A stretch of DNA of 64,000 bases, from contig OZ242374.1 of assembly GCA_965209055.1 (NCBI GenBank), forward strand, positions 864,001-928,000, given 5' to 3'. The notes below the pieces were generated by a model that ran no database searches, was not told where the DNA came from, and was given only the letters and a program-made list of their open reading frames with translations. Source of the stretch: Acidobacteriota bacterium. GTDB taxonomy: Bacteria; Acidobacteriota; UBA6911; RPQK01; JAJDTT01. Both the position numbers and the translations under genes were made by a program. Shown piece after piece: positions 37,814-46,853 of the stretch (the stretch's first letter is position 1; each line of letters begins with the position of its first letter).

Positions 37814-39691
37814 ATGTTCGACAGAAAAACGCCGGCGGCTTTGATTCTGACGGCAACTCTCCTGCTGGAGACGACCCTCCCGTCCGGATCTCTCATGGGC
37901 GCGAAAGGCACTCGGACCGAGGCCCGGGGACTTCGGGGCGCGGTGGCGGCCGGGCATCCCCTGGTGGCCGGCATCGGAATGGAGATCTTTCATCAGGGAG
38001 GCAACGCCGTGGACTCGGGCGTGGCCATGATCCTGGCGGCCTCCGTGGTGGAGTTCAATTCCTTCGGATTCGGGGGCGAGATGCCCACCCTCATCTATTC
38101 CCCCCGGGAACGGCGGGTGGTGGCGGTCAACGGCAACACCCGCACCCCCCGGGCGGCCAGCATCGAATGGTTCCGCCAGCAAGGATACCGGCTGATCCCG
38201 GGAGACGGCTTCCTGCCGGCGGGAGTCTGCGCCGTACTGGCAGCGGTGGTCCTGAGCCTGGACCGGTACGGGACCCTCAGCTTCTCCCAGATCGTTCAGG
38301 GCGCCATCCGCCTGGCCGACGGGTTTCCGGTGGACGAACGCTGGCGCCGGGGCGTGGGCCGGAAGAAATCGGAAAAGTACCGGGGAGCCGAGACCTTCCG
38401 CCGGGAGTGGCCCAGTTCGGGCGAGGCTTTTCTTCACGACGGCCGGGTCCCCGAGGTGGGGGAGGTGACCCGTCTCCCCGACCTGGCCCGCACCTTCCGC
38501 CGGTTGGCCGACGCCGAGAAGATGGCGTTGAAGAAGGGAGCCGGCCGCAGCGAGGCGCTACGGGCCGTTCACGACTATTTCTACAAGGGCCCCATCGCCC
38601 GGCAACTGGTCCGATTCTCCCGGGAGTTCAAGGTTCGGGACAACGAAGGAGGCTATCACCACAGCCTTTTGACGGAGGAGGATTTCGCCGACTACGAAGC
38701 CCGGATCCAGGAGCCGTGGAGATTCGACTACCGGGGATACCAGGTCTACAAGTGCGGACCCTGGACCCAGGGACCGGTCTTCCTGCAGCAGTTGGCGCTG
38801 CTGGAAGGCTACGACCTGGCAGCGCTCAAGCACAATAGCGCCGACTACCTGCACCTCTGGTTGGAAACCGCCAAGCTGGCCCACGCCGACAAGGAGAAGT
38901 ACTACGGGGATCCCGACTTCGTCTACGTTCCCCGGCAGGGCCTCCTCTCCCGCGCCTATGCCAAGCTGAGGCGGAAGCTCATCGATTGGAAGACCGCTTC
39001 CCTGGAACTGCGCCCCGGGGATCCCTTTCCCTTCGACGCCCACCCCGAGAAGCGCCCCGCCAACCTGAGCCTGGCTCCGGTCCAACCAGGTTTGCGGGAT
39101 GACGGGACCACCGGAGTTCGGGCCGTGGACTCCCACGGGACCATTTTCTCCTCCACTCCGAGCGGGGGCTGGCCCGCATCCTCTCCCATCGTGCCGGGCC
39201 TGGGATTCTGCCTGGGCAGCCGGGTGCAGATGTTTTACCTGGAGGAGGGTTTGGCCAAGTCTCTGGCCCCGGGCAAGCAGCCCTCCACCAGCCTGACTCC
39301 GACTTTGGTCACCAGGGACGGGCGCCCCTGGTTGGGATTCGGCATGCCGGGAGGAGACGTCCAGGACCAGGGGACGTTGCACTTCTTCCTGAACGTGGTG
39401 GACTTCGGGATGGGCCTCCAGGACGCGTTGGACGCGCCCAAGGTCTGGACCCGCCATTTCCCCGGCCTCTTCTACCCCCACCGCGCGTATCCCGGACGGG
39501 CCGTCCTGGAAGGTCGCCTGGCCAACCTGGAGGAGATCGCCGACGACCTCCGCGGGAGGGGGCACGACGTGCAGATCGCCAGTCCCTGGAGCGGGGACAA
39601 CACCATGGTGGTCATGATCGATCCCAAGACGGGGACCCTGGTGTCCGCCACCAATCCCCGCATGGAAGGGAGCACCGCCCTGGCCTGGTAA
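37814..39691 (+). CDS. Gamma-glutamyltransferase family Ntn-hydrolase, exported
   Basis: GGNAVDSGVA, GFGGE, FYKGPIA, GTTG autoprocessing site, PGKQPSTSLTP, GMPGGDVQDQ. Confidence 0.9.
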   Translation: MFDRKTPAALILTATLLLETTLPSGSLMGAKGTRTEARGLRGAVAAGHPLVAGIGMEIFHQGGNAVDSGVAMILAASVVEFNSFGFGGEMPTLIYSPRERRVVAVNGNTRTPRAASIEWFRQQGYRLIPGDGFLPAGVCAVLAAVVLSLDRYGTLSFSQIVQGAIRLADGFPVDERWRRGVGRKKSEKYRGAETFRREWPSSGEAFLHDGRVPEVGEVTRLPDLARTFRRLADAEKMALKKGAGRSEALRAVHDYFYKGPIARQLVRFSREFKVRDNEGGYHHSLLTEEDFADYEARIQEPWRFDYRGYQVYKCGPWTQGPVFLQQLALLEGYDLAALKHNSADYLHLWLETAKLAHADKEKYYGDPDFVYVPRQGLLSRAYAKLRRKLIDWKTASLELRPGDPFPFDAHPEKRPANLSLAPVQPGLRDDGTTGVRAVDSHGTIFSSTPSGGWPASSPIVPGLGFCLGSRVQMFYLEEGLAKSLAPGKQPSTSLTPTLVTRDGRPWLGFGMPGGDVQDQGTLHFFLNVVDFGMGLQDALDAPKVWTRHFPGLFYPHRAYPGRAVLEGRLANLEEIADDLRGRGHDVQIASPWSGDNTMVVMIDPKTGTLVSATNPRMEGSTALAW

Positions 39692-39766
39692 GCGGCCGCC
39701 TGCCGAGTCCAAGGCCGCTCATCTTCCCCGGTCCGGCGCCGGACAACTGCAACACGGGAGCTTGAA

Positions 39767-41395
39767 TTGGAACAGACGGGACTCTCCTGGATCGACTGGA
39801 CGGTGATCGTCGTCTACGCCAGCGCGACCATCGCCCTGGGCTGGTACTACAGCCGCAAGCAGAAGGACTCCAGGGAGTACTTTATCGGGAGCGGCAGCCT
39901 GAATCCCATCCTGGTGGGCGTTTCCCTGTTCGCCACCCACTTGAGCACCATCTCCTACCTGTCGGTTCCGGGCGAGACGATCTCCAAGGGTCCCATCATG
40001 ATCCTGTTGATCATCCCCTGTTATCCGGTCTCCTACTTCATCGTGCGCCGGTACCTCCTTTCCGTCTACATGCGGCACCGCGTGACCAGCGCCTACGAGT
40101 TGCTGGAGAACCGGCTGGGGCTGGGCGTGCGCCTCCTGGGCGCCGGCATGTTCATCGTGGTGCGCCTGAGCTGGATGTGCCTGCTGGTCTTCGTGGCGGC
40201 CCGAGCCATGACGGTGATGCTGGGCGTCAGCGAGGAATGGATCCCCTGGATTGTCCTGGTCACCGGATTCGTCTCCATCATCTACACCTCGCTGGGCGGA
40301 CTGGGAGCCGTCGTGATCACCGACTTCCTGCAGACGGCCCTGCTGTTGGGAGGAGCCCTGCTGGTCATCGTCCTGGTGACCGTCGAGTTGGGCGACCTGA
40401 GTTGGATCCCCACTTCCTGGCAAGCCACCTGGGACAGTCAACCCGCCTTCAGCTTCGATCCCCGGGTCCGGGTCACCATGTTCGGAACCTTCATGTCGGT
40501 CCTGGTCTGGACCGTTTGCACGGCGGGTGGCGACCAGTTGAGCATTCAGCGGTTCATGTCCACCGGCGACGCCGAGGCCGCCAAGCGCGCCTATCTGGCT
40601 CAGGCCCTGGTCGCCTCCGCCGTCCTCTTCACCCTGCTCTTCGTCGGCTTCGCCCTCATGGGATACTTCCAGGCCCGGCCCCATGAGCTGCCGGCGGGGC
40701 TGAACCTGGCCACGGGGGGCGACCAGATCTTCCCCAGGTTCATCGCCTTCCACCTGCCCATCGGGGTCGCCGGGCTGGTGGTGTCCGCCATGTTCGCCGC
40801 GGCCATGTCGAGCCTCGACTCGGGCGTGAACTCGATTACCGCCGTGGTGACCACCGATTTCCTGGACCGGTTCGGCCTCATGCCCAAGACCCGGAAGGGA
40901 CACGTCCGGCTGGCCCAGTGCCTGGCCTTCGGCCTGGGAGCCATCGTGGTCATCGGCAGCTCATACATGGGAAACGTTCCGGGAAACATCACCGGCATGA
41001 CGCAACGGACCACCAACCTGCTGGCGACCCCGGCCTTCAGCCTGTTCTTCTTCGCCCTCTTCTACCGTTACGGCAAGCCGGCCGGGGCGGTGGTGGGAGC
41101 CGTCTACGGAATTACGGTGGGAGCGTTGATCGCCTTCTCGGCGAACTTCTACAGCCTTATTCAAGACTCGGCCATGCTGGCTTCCAGCGCCGCCGTCGAC
41201 CTCTCGCCCATCAGCTTTCAATGGATCAGCCCACTTTCGCTGCTGGTCAACCTGGCCGCCGGCGCCGCCCTCAGCAAGGCCATCCGATCCGGCGACTCCA
41301 GGGGACGGATCTGCGTTAAATCGGGCATCGCCCTGCTGCCCCTTCTCCCCGTGGCCGGGCTTATCCTGGGATGGCCCTGGCTCGTCGGAAGCTGA
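39767..41395 (+). CDS. Sodium:solute symporter (SSS family)
   Basis: SLFATHLSTISYLSVPG, TSAYELLENR, YTSLGGLGAVVITDFLQ, DQLSIQRF, FAAAMSSLDSGVNS. Confidence 0.92.
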   Translation: MEQTGLSWIDWTVIVVYASATIALGWYYSRKQKDSREYFIGSGSLNPILVGVSLFATHLSTISYLSVPGETISKGPIMILLIIPCYPVSYFIVRRYLLSVYMRHRVTSAYELLENRLGLGVRLLGAGMFIVVRLSWMCLLVFVAARAMTVMLGVSEEWIPWIVLVTGFVSIIYTSLGGLGAVVITDFLQTALLLGGALLVIVLVTVELGDLSWIPTSWQATWDSQPAFSFDPRVRVTMFGTFMSVLVWTVCTAGGDQLSIQRFMSTGDAEAAKRAYLAQALVASAVLFTLLFVGFALMGYFQARPHELPAGLNLATGGDQIFPRFIAFHLPIGVAGLVVSAMFAAAMSSLDSGVNSITAVVTTDFLDRFGLMPKTRKGHVRLAQCLAFGLGAIVVIGSSYMGNVPGNITGMTQRTTNLLATPAFSLFFFALFYRYGKPAGAVVGAVYGITVGALIAFSANFYSLIQDSAMLASSAAVDLSPISFQWISPLSLLVNLAAGAALSKAIRSGDSRGRICVKSGIALLPLLPVAGLILGWPWLVGS

Positions 41396-41439
41396 TCCGG
41401 GAGAAAAACGTTCTTCCAGTCAATCGGAGACCGGAGTCC

Positions 41440-42102
41440 ATGGCGGACGCACTCACCCCCCAGGTCCTGAGATCAAGATTCTCCGAGGTCATGGAGAATC
41501 TGCCGCGCAGTCTCGCGCTGCGCCTGCATCGTTCCTTGAGCTGGATCGAGCGCGCAGACCAGGAGGCGGAGGACATCGACGCCGCCTTCATCTTCCACTG
41601 GATTGCCTTCAATGCGGCTTATGCGAGAGACCTTCCCGAGTCGTACGGAACGGAGGAGCGAGCGCTATTCGGCGAATATTTCGAAAAGATCGTCAGATTC
41701 GATGTCAACCGCAAAATCTACGACGCCATCTGGTCGAGGTTTTCGGGTTCGATCCGGTTGCTTCTGAACAACAGATATGTGTTTCAGCCGTTCTGGAGAC
41801 ACCAAAACCAGCCTCACACGTACGGCAACTGGGAGGACCTTTTTGTGCGAAGTCAGAAGACGATCGGACGTGCGCTTGCCCGCCAGGACACCAGGGCCGT
41901 GCTGAGCATCCTGTTCGATCGGCTCTACGTGCTGCGGAACCAGCTCTTCCACGGAGGGGCGACCTGGAACAGCAGGGTGAACCGGCGCCAGGTCCAGGAC
42001 GGAGCGCGGATCATGGCTTTTCTGGTTCCACACTTCATTGAACTGATGATGGATCACCCGGATGCCGGCTGGGGCCCGCCCTACTATCCGGTCGTGGATT
42101 GA
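41440..42102 (+). CDS. HEPN domain protein (ApeA-like), putative RNase
   Basis: FIFHWIAFNAAYA; RxxxxH motif LRNQLFHG; visibly lower GC than neighbours. Confidence 0.75.
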   Translation: MADALTPQVLRSRFSEVMENLPRSLALRLHRSLSWIERADQEAEDIDAAFIFHWIAFNAAYARDLPESYGTEERALFGEYFEKIVRFDVNRKIYDAIWSRFSGSIRLLLNNRYVFQPFWRHQNQPHTYGNWEDLFVRSQKTIGRALARQDTRAVLSILFDRLYVLRNQLFHGGATWNSRVNRRQVQDGARIMAFLVPHFIELMMDHPDAGWGPPYYPVVD

Positions 42103-42264
42103 AGCGCTAACTTGTTCCATCTGTTCGCAATCCATTGACGCACAACGGGAAGAATCCACGCCTGGAACCGGTTGCATCCGCCAGCCTCGATTCACATACT
42201 TGCGGTGCCGTTCTCCGAAGCTTCCTCACCGGCCCGGTCCGGCGGACGCCCGATAGAAAAAGGA

Positions 42265-42346
42265 TAGGAGCGGCGGTTTCCTAACCGCCGAACACGAGTG
42301 TGACAAACTTGGCGACGAAGACTGGGCGATTGGAAATCGCCCCTCC
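42265..42346. repeat. Inverted REP pair (REPIN-like)
   Basis: TAGGAG-CGGCGGTT-TCCT-AACCGCCG followed by GGGCGAT-TGGAA-ATCGCCC-CTCC. Confidence 0.75.
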
Positions 42347-42364
42347 TGTGAAGGAGCTCAGACC

Positions 42365-42685
42365 ATGATCCTGACCACTACGAACAACATCGAAGGCAAG
42401 ACCATCCGCGAATACTGCGGAGTCGTCACCGGCGAGGCGATCGTCGGCGCCAATATCTTCCGGGACTTCTTCGCCGGCATTCGAGACATCGTGGGCGGAC
42501 GGTCGCACGCCTATGAGAAGGAACTGCAACGGGCACGCGAAATCGCCCTCGACGAGATGGCGGACGCGGCCCGCCGGAGAGGCGGAGACGCCGTGGTCGG
42601 CATCGATCTCGACTACGAGGTCGTGGGCAAGGGAGGCAGCATGCTCATGGTCACCGCCAGCGGCACGGCGGTAAGGGTTCGCTGA
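42365..42685 (+). CDS. ybjQ: UPF0145/YbjQ family protein
   Basis: [44 protein letters not shown]. Confidence 0.93.
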   Translation: MILTTTNNIEGKTIREYCGVVTGEAIVGANIFRDFFAGIRDIVGGRSHAYEKELQRAREIALDEMADAARRRGGDAVVGIDLDYEVVGKGGSMLMVTASGTAVRVR

Positions 42686-42742
42686 CCGGTTTGTTGCCGG
42701 CGCCCGGTTGACGGCAGGATTCCCCGTCCAAGACCGCTCTCG

Positions 42743-43963
42743 TTATCCGGATCCCGCCAGAAACAGGTCCCGGGTGAAGTCCATCAGAAACTCGGGTCCG
42801 TTCCCGGTCACGTGGCAGACGTCGCCCAGCGGCACGAACATCTTTCCGGACCCGGGCAGCGTGTAGGCCGCGTGGATCACGCAGGTCATGCCCTCTTGCA
42901 GCGGTTCCGGGTTGGCTTCGGTGAGGGGCGCGGGCTGTTCGCTGTAGTCCATCCCGATCCCGTGGCCGATGCGGCCTCCCATCAGCGGCATCCCGCGGCG
43001 GGCGGCCAGGTCGCCGATGGTCCTGGCGACCCGGGCGATGGGGACTCCGGCTCGAAGATGTTCCAGGCCGGCGTCCTGGCACTCCCGCGCGGTCCGGAAG
43101 ATCTCCTTCAGATGCGCGGAGGGACGGACCAGGGTCCCGGTCCGCTGGCCGTGGCACCAGTAACCCTTGTAGACCACGTAGGAACAGGAGGCCATCAGGT
43201 CTCCCTCTCCCAGCACCCGCTGGTGGGGCTTGATGTCCAACCGGGTCTCGCTCCATTCGGTGGGCGGCCCCGACGCCATCCAGTACTTGGCGTGGTCGGC
43301 TCCCTCGCGCCGGACCACCCGCTCCATCTCGGCCAGGATTTCGATGCCACGCATGCCGGGCCGCGCCACTTCGAGCATGGTCCGGAAACCCAGATCGCTC
43401 AATTCGGCGGCCCGTTTCATCAGTCCCACTTCGGCCGGTGACTTGACGCCGCGAAGCCGGGCGACCACGTCGTCCGCCCGGCGCAGCTTGGACCCGAGCC
43501 CGGCCGCCAGCGCCTCGTAAAAGGCCAGCGGCATGTTCTGAATCCCGACGACACCCACGTCCTTGTCCCCGACTCCGTTCTCCTCCAGGATAGCGATCGT
43601 CTCGGTGGCGAAGTCGCGAGGTCCCTTGCCCCGTCCCCGGGCGACGGCCACCGCGTGAGGATCGACAGCCTGGACCAGGCGGATGTCTTCCAGCGGAGAC
43701 ACCTCCTCCGCCTGCTCCTGCATGTATTGAATGCCGGCGAACAGGAGTGCCGGCCGGCCGGAGACCGGGACCACAACCACCGAGTCCACGATGCGGTCGT
43801 GGCTGGCCCATCCCGAGAGATAGGCCACGTGGGCGGTCTGGCCCCATTTGTGCTCCGCCGGAGGCGAATAGACAAAGAGAGCGCCCAGGTCCCGTTCCCG
43901 CAGGAACTCCCGGACCCGCTCGTGCCGGGATTCATACTCGTGAGATGAGATGGCTTCATCCAT
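42743..43963 (-). CDS. M24/creatinase-like pita-bread fold hydrolase
   Basis: Creatinase N-domain, RGVKSPAEV, RIGHGIG, LQEGMT; canonical metal ligands replaced. Confidence 0.8.
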   Translation of the reverse strand: MDEAISSHEYESRHERVREFLRERDLGALFVYSPPAEHKWGQTAHVAYLSGWASHDRIVDSVVVVPVSGRPALLFAGIQYMQEQAEEVSPLEDIRLVQAVDPHAVAVARGRGKGPRDFATETIAILEENGVGDKDVGVVGIQNMPLAFYEALAAGLGSKLRRADDVVARLRGVKSPAEVGLMKRAAELSDLGFRTMLEVARPGMRGIEILAEMERVVRREGADHAKYWMASGPPTEWSETRLDIKPHQRVLGEGDLMASCSYVVYKGYWCHGQRTGTLVRPSAHLKEIFRTARECQDAGLEHLRAGVPIARVARTIGDLAARRGMPLMGGRIGHGIGMDYSEQPAPLTEANPEPLQEGMTCVIHAAYTLPGSGKMFVPLGDVCHVTGNGPEFLMDFTRDLFLAGSG

Positions 43964-44002
43964 GCCGTTTTCCTTCCTGCAAGACAGCGGAGGGACGAGG
44001 TT

Positions 44003-46012
44003 TCAGTCGCCGGCGGGAACCGACGCCTCGGCGAGATTTCCATACCCCGTACTCCCCCGGTCGGCGGCTGGAAAGCTGCCGCTCCCTCCTTTTTTCGGAG
44101 GCTGGGAAGCCGCCGCTCCCTCCAGGTGGATTCGCGCCATGCCGTAGACCAGGAATTCCGGCATGGCGAAACGGAGCCGGCCGGCTTCCACCTGATATTC
44201 AACCGGTTGCGCATCAGGCCGCTCCGGCGACAGCGAATCGACCTTCACTACCCGGGACCCGGACGGAACGACGAAGTCGACGCCCACACGGTCGACGGCG
44301 ATGGGATTCTCGTCGGCGATACCGGTTCCCGCATACCCCTCCGGGCCGGGCTCCCGGCCGTAGTTCACGAAGTGAAGCGTCACCTCGCCTCCTCCGGCCG
44401 GCCGGCTGGCCGAGACCCGCACCGTCTTCGGCGCTTCGAACCGGCTCAGGTCCGAGAAGGTTTCCGTCTCCAATTCCCCGGCGGAATCGATCTCGTAGAT
44501 TCGGCGGTAGGCGTTCCTCTGCTCCGGCCGGATGATCTCGTCCGGAATCACGTCGAAGAGAACGTGACGGTCCATCAGGTGATGTCCGATCTCCTGGAAC
44601 GCCGTCATGGCCGGGATCAGCCGGCCCTGGTGGTTGTGGCTGCGGGGATGCGCCAGCAGGACCTCGCCGTAGGGCCGATTGGCGTGGAAGACCGAATCGT
44701 ACCGCTTCAGGAACCGGTAATAGCGGACGAACTCCCTCCGGGCCGCCGGATCGGTGAAATCGATGTAACGGGCCATGGGCGCTCCGCCGTTGGCCATGAG
44801 CTCAGCCATGGAGGCCCGGATCTTGACCCTCTCGTAGTGGCAGACGGTGTAGGGCTTGTCATCGAACGCGCCCCGGATGTAGCGCAGTTGCAGGGTCGGC
44901 TCCTGCCGGCCCAGGCAGTACCAGAGGTAGCTCTCGTCCTTGCCCCACAGCTCGGAGGGAAGCATCATCCGCTCGTCATTGTTCCCGGTGGGCGGATTCC
45001 CGAAATCCTGGGAGCTGTGGCCCCAGACGGAGGTGATCAGGTCCGGTTTGAGGGAGCGGCCGTACTGGTGAAAGACCTCGTCGAAGGCCTCCTTGTTGAC
45101 CAGATCCGAGAAGAGCTGCATCTCCAGGCGCAGCGGGGTGGTCTCGCTGGGAGGATGCCGGGAGACGATCTCGCTGAATTGGTGAGCCTCCAGGTCCTGG
45201 ATCCCGAACCGGCCGCGCAGTTCCTCCGGATCGTAACGGGACGCCAGGTGAGCCTTGAAGCCCCGCACGCAATACCGGCAGTGGCAGTCGACCCGGTAGA
45301 AGTAGTTGATCTGAAAACCGTCCAGGCCCCGCTCGATCCCCCGCTTGACCCAGGCCTTCAGAACCCGGCGCCAGCCGGGGTTGGAAAGGCAACCCCAATA
45401 GACGGCGTAGGGAGCCGCGTCCCCGTCGAAACTGACGTAGGGAGTGCCGTCCCGGTTCTTGGACAACAGGTCCAAGGGGTCCGCCACCGGTTTCGGACCC
45501 AGCTCGTTCTCGTCCCAGAGTTCGTTGTAGAACTTGAAGAAACCGTCTCCGGGCCGGCCCTCCGCGTCCGGCCTCCCCAACAGGTACTTGGCGACGGAAA
45601 AGTGGCCGACGGGCCTCACGCCCCGTTGCTTGAGCTCACGATTGATCTCTTCGAAGTAGTCGGCGCTGAGCCGGATCCGCTCGGCGGGGTCCTGTGCCTG
45701 GACCACTCCGGCGTGGATGGGCAACAGGGGGCCGGTGACGCCTCTGTTCTTGTCCGGGAGATGGGCGATTGACCAGAAGTCCGCGCCGTAGAAGCCGACC
45801 TGGGCGATCTCCGGCTCGGCCTCTTGGACGAAATCCAGGTAGCCGGGTTCCACGTACCGGGTCCAGTGGACGATCATCCGGGTGAACTCGAGGCGTTGGG
45901 GATCGCTCCCGGCGTCTTCCGGGGGCGGAGTTCCGGTTCGGCAGCCGGACGAGGCCAGGATTGTCAAACCGATGAACGCGATCAGGGAACAGAATTTGGA
46001 ATGAGCAGTCAT
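44003..46012 (-). CDS. Hypothetical lipoprotein with GH-like TIM barrel and CxCxxC motif
   Basis: SSGC lipobox; CLSNPGWR, GLDGFQINY, DCHCRYC, LHFVNY; C-terminal tail encoded by REP copies. Confidence 0.65.
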   Translation of the reverse strand: MTAHSKFCSLIAFIGLTILASSGCRTGTPPPEDAGSDPQRLEFTRMIVHWTRYVEPGYLDFVQEAEPEIAQVGFYGADFWSIAHLPDKNRGVTGPLLPIHAGVVQAQDPAERIRLSADYFEEINRELKQRGVRPVGHFSVAKYLLGRPDAEGRPGDGFFKFYNELWDENELGPKPVADPLDLLSKNRDGTPYVSFDGDAAPYAVYWGCLSNPGWRRVLKAWVKRGIERGLDGFQINYFYRVDCHCRYCVRGFKAHLASRYDPEELRGRFGIQDLEAHQFSEIVSRHPPSETTPLRLEMQLFSDLVNKEAFDEVFHQYGRSLKPDLITSVWGHSSQDFGNPPTGNNDERMMLPSELWGKDESYLWYCLGRQEPTLQLRYIRGAFDDKPYTVCHYERVKIRASMAELMANGGAPMARYIDFTDPAARREFVRYYRFLKRYDSVFHANRPYGEVLLAHPRSHNHQGRLIPAMTAFQEIGHHLMDRHVLFDVIPDEIIRPEQRNAYRRIYEIDSAGELETETFSDLSRFEAPKTVRVSASRPAGGGEVTLHFVNYGREPGPEGYAGTGIADENPIAVDRVGVDFVVPSGSRVVKVDSLSPERPDAQPVEYQVEAGRLRFAMPEFLVYGMARIHLEGAAASQPPKKGGSGSFPAADRGSTGYGNLAEASVPAGD
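44062..44120. repeat. Two REP-like palindromes inside the 3' end of a CDS
   Basis: CGGCGGC-TGGAAA-GCTGCCG-CTCCC and CGGAGGC-TGGGAA-GCCGCCG-CTCCC. Confidence 0.75.
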
Positions 46013-46088
46013 CGTTGGATCCCCGAGGCATTTGGATTCAAGGATGCGATCCTAGCCGAGTAAAAAGTATGGTTGTTGGGCAATGCCA

Positions 46089-46424
46089 TCACACGGATGG
46101 GGCCTCCTCGTCCATGTCGGAGAAATTCGTGATCGTGACGTCTCCCTGAGGGAACTTGGCGACGATGCTCAATCGGCCACCCATGGCTTCAATGTACGCC
46201 CGGAGATTCGAGACGTACATGTCCGCCCGCCGCTCCAACCTCGCAACTGCCGGCTGCTTGACGTTCAAGGCTTCGCCCAAGGCCTTTTGAGTCATCGCCC
46301 GTGCCTGTCGCAATTCGTGGAGCAACATCGCCGCGCGCAACTTCGTCTTTCGGGCCTCGATTCGGGCGCGCCGCTCTCGCGTATACCCCTTCGTCAAATC
46401 CTTGAAAGCGTGACGGCCACTCAA
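46089..46424 (-). CDS. XRE-HTH antitoxin (HigA-like)
   Basis: LRQARAMTQKALGEALNVKQPAVARLERRADMYVSNLRAYIEAMGG; overlaps the toxin stop. Confidence 0.88.
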   Translation of the reverse strand: MSGRHAFKDLTKGYTRERRARIEARKTKLRAAMLLHELRQARAMTQKALGEALNVKQPAVARLERRADMYVSNLRAYIEAMGGRLSIVAKFPQGDVTITNFSDMDEEAPSV

Positions 46425-46783
46425 TTGCTCAGCCCTTCCTTTCTCAATTCGTCCAAATGGTCATCATAGAGTTTGTCAGCCATCGGCACGTAACGCTTGT
46501 AGAAACGACAGTCGCCGGTCTTGTCACCGCCGATCAACAGAATTACCGACCGTCTCGGATCGAACGCGTAGAATACGCGTATGGGTCGGCCACGGCTCTG
46601 AACCCGAAGTTCGCGCATATGGTCGTGCCGGGAACCCGCTACAGCCGAAGAGTACGGAAACGGTAACGATGGCCCGGCTTCCATCAGCAATTCCACCACA
46701 GCGGCTACATCATCCTGCGCGGGTTCCGAGAGTTCGTTCCACCACGATCCGAACTGATTTGTGTATTCGACAGCCCAAGTCAT
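46421..46783 (-). CDS. RelE/HigB-like type II toxin
   Basis: GPSLPFPYS, MRELRVQ, RVFYAFDPRR, LLIGGDK; toxin-first order. Confidence 0.9.
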   Translation of the reverse strand: MTWAVEYTNQFGSWWNELSEPAQDDVAAVVELLMEAGPSLPFPYSSAVAGSRHDHMRELRVQSRGRPIRVFYAFDPRRSVILLIGGDKTGDCRFYKRYVPMADKLYDDHLDELRKEGLSN

Positions 46784-46785
46784 TC

Positions 46786-46832
46786 TTCCATATATTACAT
46801 AAATGGAATACTGTCAACTGTCTCCATTGACA
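46786..46832. promoter_or_regulatory. Divergent promoter region with TA operator-like inverted repeat
   Basis: TTCCAT-N11-ATGGAA (46786-46808); back-to-back TTGACA on minus (46817-46812) and plus (46827-46832). Confidence 0.55.
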
Positions 46833-46853
46833 CTCTCGTCCAGGGCTTCTTGA

